This document shows, piece after piece, positions 27,931-34,562 of a stretch of 64,000 nucleotides of DNA; positions within the stretch are counted from its first letter, which is position 1, and the number at the start of each line of letters is the position of its first letter. A program made the translations under genes and the position numbers. The DNA lies in assembly GCA_041665405.1 (NCBI GenBank), contig JBAYIZ010000004.1, positions 3,958 through 67,957 of the forward strand. The letters run 5' to 3'. The notes below the pieces were generated by a model. That model was not told where the DNA came from. It did no database searches and worked only from the letters and a program-made list of their open reading frames with translations. This DNA comes from Candidatus Magasanikiibacteriota bacterium (GTDB taxonomy: Bacteria > Patescibacteriota > Patescibacteriia > Magasanikbacterales > GWA2-37-8).

Positions 27931-27984
27931 GTATAAAAATAAAAATGTGCTAAAATATACAGTATTATAAATTTAATATAATTT

Positions 27985-28209
27985 ATGCAACTACCAAATA
28001 ATTTAACCGAAAATACTCAAATCGCGATTTTCAAAGGAAAAGAAATTAGGAAAACTATTTATCAGGGGGAATGGTGGTTTGTTATAGTTGATGTGATAGA
28101 GGCACTTACTGATTCGGTAAATCCAAAACAGTATTTGAAGAATATGCTTAATAGAGATACTGAACTTACCAAAGGGTGGGTTCAAATTGAACGCCCCCTT
28201 GGAAATTAA
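27985..28209 (+). CDS. Short protein (74 aa) with a DinD/Bro-N-like N-terminal motif
   Basis: IAIFKGKEIRKTIYQGEWWFVIVDVIEALTDS is paralogous to the ORF at 63346..63564 and to the N-terminus of the DinD-like gene at 39831. I recognise the motif as DinD/Bro-N-like (antirepressor-type). Bro-N proper is recalled from memory only. Confidence 0.5.
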   Translation: MQLPNNLTENTQIAIFKGKEIRKTIYQGEWWFVIVDVIEALTDSVNPKQYLKNMLNRDTELTKGWVQIERPLGN

Positions 28210-28477
28210 CAGAACTGAAAATTCAAAAGGTGTAGCAAAATTAAAAAGTGATGCCAAAGCCGGTGGTGATATCGCTGGCGGAGCAAGGAAGAAATTGGAA
28301 AAACGCCTTGGCCGATCGATTGTGACAAAGAGGAATTTTATTAAATGAAATGGCCTACAAATTTAATTTGACAAACAAAAAATAGAATGTTAAGCTAAAT
28401 ACATATGATTAAATTGTTCACCAACAATAATTGCAATAATAATTCCCTTTGCGGGTGAGTTTTGTTTTTTATAAGAT

Positions 28478-28507
28478 AAAACTTCCCGCGATTGGGAAGT
28501 TTTTTTA
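28478..28507 (+). terminator. Rho-independent terminator (AACTTCCC-GCGATT-GGGAAGTT plus T7) just upstream of tRNA-Asn
   Basis: Perfect 8-bp stem plus T-run. Confidence 0.6.
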
Positions 28508-28508
28508 T

Positions 28509-28580
28509 TCCTGGGTAGTTGAGTGGTACAACGCCACGCTGTTAACGTGGATATCCTTGGTTCGAATCCAAGCCCAGGAG
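28509..28580 (+). tRNA. tRNA-Asn (anticodon GUU)
   Basis: Hand fold: acceptor TCCTGGG/CCCAGGA, U8, D-stem GTTG/CAAC with a GG loop, anticodon stem CCACG/CGTGG with loop CTGTTAA, and T-arm CTTGG-TTCGAAT-CCAAG. Confidence 0.8.
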
Positions 28581-28695
28581 CGAACAAAGTGAGCGAAAGA
28601 CAGTAGCACACTCGCGTGCGCTACGTTTGGATGAGAAGTTTATGCCCCGAGGGGTAAATCCAAGCCCAGGAGCGAACAAAGTGAGCGAAAGACAG
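28566..28695 (+). repeat. 38-nt direct repeat (ATCCAAGCCCAGGAGCGAACAAAGTGAGCGAAAGACAG) at 28566-28603 and 28658-28695. The first copy includes the last 15 nt of tRNA-Asn.
   Basis: Two identical copies 92 bp apart. This is the att-site-like duplication pattern of tRNA 3' ends. Confidence 0.8.
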
Positions 28696-28707
28696 GAGCG
28701 CACATAA

Positions 28708-29673
28708 TTATTTAATCCCGCAATGTTGTTTTAGTTGCAAAATATCTTCTGGTAATAATTTTTCATTAATACCATTATTCAAATAATACATCATCGCTTT
28801 GGTGCTAGACACATGCTCCAAACCCAGAGCATGGCCGAGTTCGTGTGCCAACACTCGCACCAGTTTGTTGTTGTCATCAAATTGATAAATGTTGATTTCT
28901 TGACCAGCCGCCGAGCTTTTGTATGAACCTTCTTCAAATTCTTCGCCTCGACTAGATCCAATAGTGTTGTAGTGGTCTACTGATAAATTGAGAGTTTGGG
29001 CTAAATTATTGAGTGTATTTGCGAGTGCGTTTATCTCGTCTATTTTGTTGTTGAAAATATTTTGTTGAGTTTCAAAATTGGCTAGTAGTTGGTTAAGTGC
29101 GATCTCTTTAGAGTGAATGCTCTCAATTTCTGCGGGTGAAGCACCACCTTTGCGGTTTAAATTTTTTATTTCCGCATTGTAAATAGTGATGCGACGATCC
29201 AGTTCGGCACCTAGTTTATCTAAATTTGTTTTGTCTGTTTGATATGATTTTTGTAGAGATGCGAATTGGGTTTTTAATTTGTCATAAGTGGCCTGATCAT
29301 TTTTTACCACGATACCCAGTTGTTTTAATTTCAAAGTAGTATCTTGACGATAATCATAAATTAAATTTATTTTCAAAGTACCATTGGGCGCGTATTCAAA
29401 AAGATTCAGACCACTTGGTTTTTCCCAAATTTGTTCAGCTGATGTGATTGCCGTTAATAAATTTTTTTGGCTAATGCCGAAATGTTGGTCAACCTCACCA
29501 AGTTGATAGGTGATTGGCTCTTGGCAGGGGAGAAAGCGTTGGTAAAAATGATTTTTAAGGTTTGGTAAATCATCACGAAAAAAATAGGCCAAACCGCCAA
29601 GCATAGATATAATAATTAACCAGTTTATGATTTGGTAAAAATTTTTATTCATATTATTTATATTATACCACAA
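28708..29673 (-). CDS. Membrane-anchored zinc metalloprotease (metzincin/matrixin-like HExxHxxGxxH)
   Basis: 321 aa. It has an N-terminal TM helix, a coiled-coil-like middle, and a C-terminal HELGHALGLEHV zinc-binding motif. Confidence 0.6.
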   Translation of the reverse strand: MWYNINNMNKNFYQIINWLIIISMLGGLAYFFRDDLPNLKNHFYQRFLPCQEPITYQLGEVDQHFGISQKNLLTAITSAEQIWEKPSGLNLFEYAPNGTLKINLIYDYRQDTTLKLKQLGIVVKNDQATYDKLKTQFASLQKSYQTDKTNLDKLGAELDRRITIYNAEIKNLNRKGGASPAEIESIHSKEIALNQLLANFETQQNIFNNKIDEINALANTLNNLAQTLNLSVDHYNTIGSSRGEEFEEGSYKSSAAGQEINIYQFDDNNKLVRVLAHELGHALGLEHVSSTKAMMYYLNNGINEKLLPEDILQLKQHCGIK

Positions 29674-29804
29674 ATTGGCAATTGGTTGGTTATATAGAGG
29701 TATGGGTATGGAGTTTTGAGTTTGCTATTGACTGATTTTTTGATAGGGTATACACTTAAATCATTAAACAAGTATTTAATTAATTAACTATTTAACATAA
29801 CTAT

Positions 29805-30155
29805 ATGTTAAGCAAACAAGAGCTTCAAAAAAACCGGGAAATACTCAGTGAAGCGGACAAAAGTATGGCCGCGACATTCAAAGTGCTTAGCGATGTGAAT
29901 CGCTATCGGATTTTTCGTATTCTTGTAGAACAGCCAAAGCTCACAGTGAGCGCCATTGCCTTGATTTTAGACATTTCTTTACCACTAGCATCGCAACATC
30001 TCAAAATTTTGGTGCAGGCCAATCTACTCAAAAAAGTGCGTGAAGGTAAAAAAGTTTTTCCAAAAATTAAACAGACCAATCCGTTCGTCCCGGCTATCCT
30101 TAAAACCATTAAACATGCTTATAAATTACGAAATAAAATAAACACAGAAATATAA
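29805..30155 (+). CDS. ArsR/SmtB-family HTH transcriptional regulator
   Basis: 116 aa. It reads FKVLSDVNRYRIFRIL...LTVSAIALILDISLPLASQHLKILVQANLL, a winged-helix ArsR pattern. A palindrome TTAACATA-ACTA-TATGTTAA overlaps its start codon. Confidence 0.7.
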   Translation: MLSKQELQKNREILSEADKSMAATFKVLSDVNRYRIFRILVEQPKLTVSAIALILDISLPLASQHLKILVQANLLKKVREGKKVFPKIKQTNPFVPAILKTIKHAYKLRNKINTEI

Positions 30156-30215
30156 AATATTTGATTAGTATCTCGTTCATTAAAAATTAAATTTATTAAG
30201 TAACACAAAAGAAAT

Positions 30216-31493
30216 ATGAGAAAGTTTAACAAGACATTGATAATATCATTGGCAGTTTCATTAGTACTTGGTCTCATTGGGCCAGTTACAGTGTTCGCGG
30301 CTAACCCATCAGCAGTAAATCTTGGCACAGCTGGTAACTATACAATTTTATCAAAAACCGGAATTTCAACTACCGGTGTGACTTCAGTTGTTGGAGATAT
30401 TGGAGTTAGCCCCGTGGCCGCTACGGCGATCACCGGATTTGCTTTGACTCTTCCAGCAGCCGGTGCTTTTTCCACTTCAGCTCAGGTAACTGGAAAAGTA
30501 TACGCGCCTGGTTATGCCAATCCAACTCCTGCCAATCTCACCACCGCAATTAATGATATGCAAACCGCTTATACCAGCGCCATGGGACAAGCACCGACTG
30601 TTACTGAACTTGGCGCAGGAAATATTGGTGGCCTCACACTTGTCTCTGGTGTTTACAAATGGGGTACTGGTCTAGCCATACCAACCGATGTGACTCTTTC
30701 TGGTTCAGCCAACGATGTGTGGATTTTTCAAGTAGCTCAAAATTTAAATCTTAGTCCTGCAAAAAAAATTATTTTAAGTGGGGGAGCTCAGGCCAGTAAT
30801 ATTTTCTGGGTTGTGGGTGGACAAACCACTATCGGCACAACCGCTGTTTTTAATGGAAATATTTTGGATCAAACAGCCATCGTCTTGAATACCGGTGCAG
30901 TATTAAACGGCCGAGCTTTGGCTCAGACCGCAGTAACTTTGGATTCAAATGTTGTTAGTGCATCAGCTTCGGCAGGTGCAACACCGGCGACACCAGCGAT
31001 TCCGGCAATACCAGCGGTTCCTGTAATTCCCGCGTTACCAGTCGTTTCTGTAATTGGTACAATTACTTCTACCACTTCTACAATTCCAGTAATCCCAGCC
31101 ACCCCCGCTATCCCAGCTACTCCAGCGGTTCCAGCAACACCAATCAATCCATCTGCTCAAAATCAAAATAATCAAGTTCCAACCTATTCACTTGAAGCGC
31201 AAGTAATATTACAAGATGCAGTTGCTCAAAACACAGGTACTCACCAAATTCAAAAATTTGTTAGAAATCTTGGACAAAGAAACAGCGGGGAAGATGTAAG
31301 AACTTTACAACAATTTTTGATTGATCAAAATAATGGTAAGGCCGCTCAAGTTTTAAATAGAGTTGGCGCGACTGCATATTTTGGTCCGTTAACTCGCGCG
31401 GCTTTGGCAGAATTTCAGGCGAAAGTTGGTATCAAACCAGCGTGGGGAAATTTTGGCCCAATCACTCGTGCTTATTTAATCGCAAATTTTTAA
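30216..31493 (+). CDS. Secreted DUF3494 (ice-binding-like) domain protein with a Pro-rich linker and C-terminal peptidoglycan-binding domain
   Basis: 425 aa. After the signal peptide comes LGTAGNYTILSKTGISTTGVTSVVGDIGVSPVAATAITGF (DUF3494-type start). There are PAIPAIPAVPVIP repeats, and a PG_binding_1-like end (LQQFLIDQ...YFGPLTRAALAEFQ). Confidence 0.6.
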   Translation: MRKFNKTLIISLAVSLVLGLIGPVTVFAANPSAVNLGTAGNYTILSKTGISTTGVTSVVGDIGVSPVAATAITGFALTLPAAGAFSTSAQVTGKVYAPGYANPTPANLTTAINDMQTAYTSAMGQAPTVTELGAGNIGGLTLVSGVYKWGTGLAIPTDVTLSGSANDVWIFQVAQNLNLSPAKKIILSGGAQASNIFWVVGGQTTIGTTAVFNGNILDQTAIVLNTGAVLNGRALAQTAVTLDSNVVSASASAGATPATPAIPAIPAVPVIPALPVVSVIGTITSTTSTIPVIPATPAIPATPAVPATPINPSAQNQNNQVPTYSLEAQVILQDAVAQNTGTHQIQKFVRNLGQRNSGEDVRTLQQFLIDQNNGKAAQVLNRVGATAYFGPLTRAALAEFQAKVGIKPAWGNFGPITRAYLIANF

Positions 31494-31535
31494 TTAAAAC
31501 AAAAATATATAATAGATTATTAATTAATAAACCGT

Positions 31536-31865
31536 ATGGAAAATAAATTTAAAAAAGGATTGATCTTGGGTGGAATATTGGCAGTGGTGGCCGCGGTCGG
31601 ATTGGCCAAAACGAAAGAAGGACAATATCTTACCGATGAATTACAAAATGATCTCAAGGTGTTGGTAAAACACTTGAAAAAAAATCTACACAATTCAGAA
31701 GATGAAACCAAAGAAGGTTTTCACAACCTCGTAGACACCATCGTTGAGGAATATGCGAAAACTAAAGAGCTAACCATTGAAGCAAAAAACGCGCTTATAA
31801 GCGAATTGAGAGGAAAATGGGACGAAATGGAAGCAGAATATGTAGCTGAGCAAGATAAAAAATAG
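31536..31865 (+). CDS. Small membrane-anchored protein (YtxH-like)
   Basis: 109 aa with an N-terminal hydrophobic segment followed by a charged helical region. Confidence 0.35.
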   Translation: MENKFKKGLILGGILAVVAAVGLAKTKEGQYLTDELQNDLKVLVKHLKKNLHNSEDETKEGFHNLVDTIVEEYAKTKELTIEAKNALISELRGKWDEMEAEYVAEQDKK

Positions 31866-31869
31866 TTTT

Positions 31870-32439
31870 ATGAATAAAAAAATTTTATTTCTATCTGCTT
31901 TTATACTCCCATTGTTGACAATGGGAGTGGGGTGCAGTCAATCTCCAGTCGATCAAACCCCAACCACTACACTCACTCCGGTCGTGACTCAGCCGATTGC
32001 TAAGCCGGTTGATCAAACCACCAATTGGAAAACATATACCAACAAAGAACTCGGGTTTACATTAAAGATGCCCGCTGATGTATCTGTGGACAAAGTTTTC
32101 AATGACAAAGACAATCGCTTGGTTCTATTCAAGAGCGCAAAAGAAAATTTTGAAGTTCGTATTATCAGAGACAATCTTGCCACCATGGATGAGTATTATT
32201 ATCTAGGATTTCCAATTTCTTACAAATCCTCTCTAGGTGGACAAGTAGCCAATGTATATGAAGCGCCACAAGGATATTGTGATGGCCCAGGATGTAGTAG
32301 CTCGTTTATTGCATATTCAACACAAAGAGGTGATGATTTTTATAGTCTGGTTTTTAAGGACATAAAAACAATTAACGCGACTGAAAAAAATATTATTTCT
32401 TCTTTCGAATTTATTTCGGAAGATATTTTACAACCATAA
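31870..32439 (+). CDS. Lipoprotein (lipobox LLTMGVGC), hypothetical
   Basis: 189 aa. It has a signal peptide with a lipobox. The C-terminus ...SEDILQP is shared with the ORF at 33341. Confidence 0.5.
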   Translation: MNKKILFLSAFILPLLTMGVGCSQSPVDQTPTTTLTPVVTQPIAKPVDQTTNWKTYTNKELGFTLKMPADVSVDKVFNDKDNRLVLFKSAKENFEVRIIRDNLATMDEYYYLGFPISYKSSLGGQVANVYEAPQGYCDGPGCSSSFIAYSTQRGDDFYSLVFKDIKTINATEKNIISSFEFISEDILQP

Positions 32440-32664
32440 TGAAAAAAGAAGATGTAATCAATTTATCGAGAGAATTATTCAAGATTCGGATATCATCCTC
32501 AAATGAGGGTCTTTCTCAAAATGATGGCACCCACAAATTGACAGTTGAAGGTATTACTTTTTATAACCATGAAACAATAGAAAAGTGGTATAAAGAAGCA
32601 ATCGGAACAGCTGAGGTTATTATAGGTATTGAAGAAGAGTATTTAAAAATTATTTGATTGTTGT

Positions 32665-33336
32665 ATGAAAAGCAAAATTTTGATCGCATGGATAGTCGCT
32701 GGCTTATTTTTTGTTGTTTTTGCAGTATTCGCACAAAGAAAACCATCTCAACAATCAGAAAATACAATTGAGCCAAAATTTTCGTTTACCACACAAACGG
32801 TTCAATTACTTCAAAGTGGATTTGATATTAAGGAAATTTCAAAACCAGATTTAATTCTTCCAAAAGACATAAATGAAGGTCAAATAAAAAAATATTTTAA
32901 AATTGATAATATTTTATTTGCGCTTGTTCTTCGTAGTTCAACAAATGTAGTTTTATCACTGCCAGCCAATTTTACTACTTCGTTTTCAGGTGTTCTTGTC
33001 GCAAAACAAGGAGACGCGCGATGGTTTAAATTGTTGGAAATTACAGATGTGGAGACAATGAGTAAAAATAATCCTTACTACTTGGTAGTAGATAATAAAG
33101 AATTGTTATTAACTGTGGTCGATCAAAATGGTGCCGGTTCTGGAGAAGGTATGATGAAAGTTTACGCGTTGTCTGAAACAACAAATTGGGGGTTGGAAGG
33201 TTGTTTTTACTTTGGCGCGAGTTATAACGACCTTTTAACCGACGGAGATTATTTTGCTTTTTCAACCATATTTTCAAAGCAGGTACCCCAAGCAATTAGA
33301 TTATGTAATAGTGTTAAATTAATTTCTAACGAATAA
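32665..33336 (+). CDS. Hypothetical exported/membrane-anchored protein
   Basis: 223 aa with an N-terminal TM/signal segment. No recognisable motif. Confidence 0.4.
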   Translation: MKSKILIAWIVAGLFFVVFAVFAQRKPSQQSENTIEPKFSFTTQTVQLLQSGFDIKEISKPDLILPKDINEGQIKKYFKIDNILFALVLRSSTNVVLSLPANFTTSFSGVLVAKQGDARWFKLLEITDVETMSKNNPYYLVVDNKELLLTVVDQNGAGSGEGMMKVYALSETTNWGLEGCFYFGASYNDLLTDGDYFAFSTIFSKQVPQAIRLCNSVKLISNE

Positions 33337-33340
33337 ATGT

Positions 33341-33895
33341 ATGATTAATAAAAATTTAATTTTGTGGATAGTTGGAGGAATTTTGGTCTTGGTGGTTGTT
33401 GGTTTGGTCAGTGCCAAAATATTTACTCGTGAAGACAGCTTGGTTTCTCAGGGAGAACCAATTGTTGTACAACCAGTTTCCACAGAAGTAGCCGAAGTGG
33501 TGCAATACCAAACAGTAAAAGTTTTTTTCAATAATATTATATTTGATCCTGGTTTAATGGATTGTGCCAGTGTGTATCCGGTAAATCGTGCCATCAAACC
33601 TACTCTCGCGGTCGGACGAGCCGCCTTGGAAGAATTGTTTCGAGGTTTAGTTGCAGGTGAAAGTGAATTGGGATATTTGACTAATTTAAACACTGGAGTA
33701 AAAATTCAAAAATTGACTATTGAAAACGGAATCGCTAAAGTTGATTTTTCCGAAGAATTACAGAGTGGAGTAGGTGGATCATGCAAAGTTACAGCCATCC
33801 GTTCTCAAATTACTCAAACTTTGAAACAATTTCCTACTGTGCGAGAAGTTATTATTTCTATTGATGGTAATATAGAAGATATCCTACAACCTTAA
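33341..33895 (+). CDS. GerMN-like domain protein (membrane anchored)
   Basis: 184 aa. It has an N-terminal TM helix and a GerMN-type region (VYPVNRAI ... VTAIRSQITQTLKQFPTVREVIISIDG). It ends in ...IEDILQP. Confidence 0.45.
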   Translation: MINKNLILWIVGGILVLVVVGLVSAKIFTREDSLVSQGEPIVVQPVSTEVAEVVQYQTVKVFFNNIIFDPGLMDCASVYPVNRAIKPTLAVGRAALEELFRGLVAGESELGYLTNLNTGVKIQKLTIENGIAKVDFSEELQSGVGGSCKVTAIRSQITQTLKQFPTVREVIISIDGNIEDILQP

Positions 33896-33912
33896 TTATT
33901 ATATATTTTTAA

Positions 33913-34410
33913 TTGATGTTTATGAATAAAAAAATTGCATTTCTTTTGATTTTAGTTGCCCCATTTTTAATAATGGGAGTTGGATGTAGCCAAGAACAAC
34001 CAAACCAATCAATCCGGTTAAATCAACCAACACAACCAACCCAAACTCAAATTTCGTATTATTTTACTGGTGGTGTGGCAGATGTATCAAATTTTTGTGA
34101 TGGTGAGAAAATGGATAGTGCTAGTTATAAAGCTGCTATAACAAAAAGGGTAGTTCAGATTGTAACGGGCAATTTAACTACAGAAGAGAAGATTAAAACA
34201 ACATTGAGCTTGGCCGCTGACGCGGAATTATTTGATCAAACATACACTCGCATCGCCAGAACTGTATTTGAAAATGGCATTGTGACTATGCACTCTGCGG
34301 ATGGTTGGGCCGGTTCGTCCATATTTTATTGTGGTTGGAAGCCATTTGTAGAAAAAAACTTGGAACAATTTCAGGAGGTAAAAAGAATTGAATGGGTGTC
34401 TGAGGATTAG
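33913..34410 (+). CDS. Lipoprotein (lipobox LIMGVGC), hypothetical
   Basis: 165 aa. The signal peptide is paralogous to the 31870 lipoprotein. Confidence 0.5.
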   Translation: MMFMNKKIAFLLILVAPFLIMGVGCSQEQPNQSIRLNQPTQPTQTQISYYFTGGVADVSNFCDGEKMDSASYKAAITKRVVQIVTGNLTTEEKIKTTLSLAADAELFDQTYTRIARTVFENGIVTMHSADGWAGSSIFYCGWKPFVEKNLEQFQEVKRIEWVSED

Positions 34411-34562
34411 AAGGTATTTAATATTGGAGAACAGTTTACAATTTGTAGACTGTTTTTTTGTTGTTTAATAAAGCATTTGTCCCATTTTTCTTAAAGTGGT
34501 ATAATGATTAAGGAAGAAGATTTTGTTTCATTTTTTAATAAATTTTTATTTAATATGAATTT

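Noticed and set aside
30923-31147. 74-aa antisense ORF inside the DUF3494 gene
   Set aside because: It is an artefact of the Pro/Ala/Thr-rich repeat region on the coding strand.
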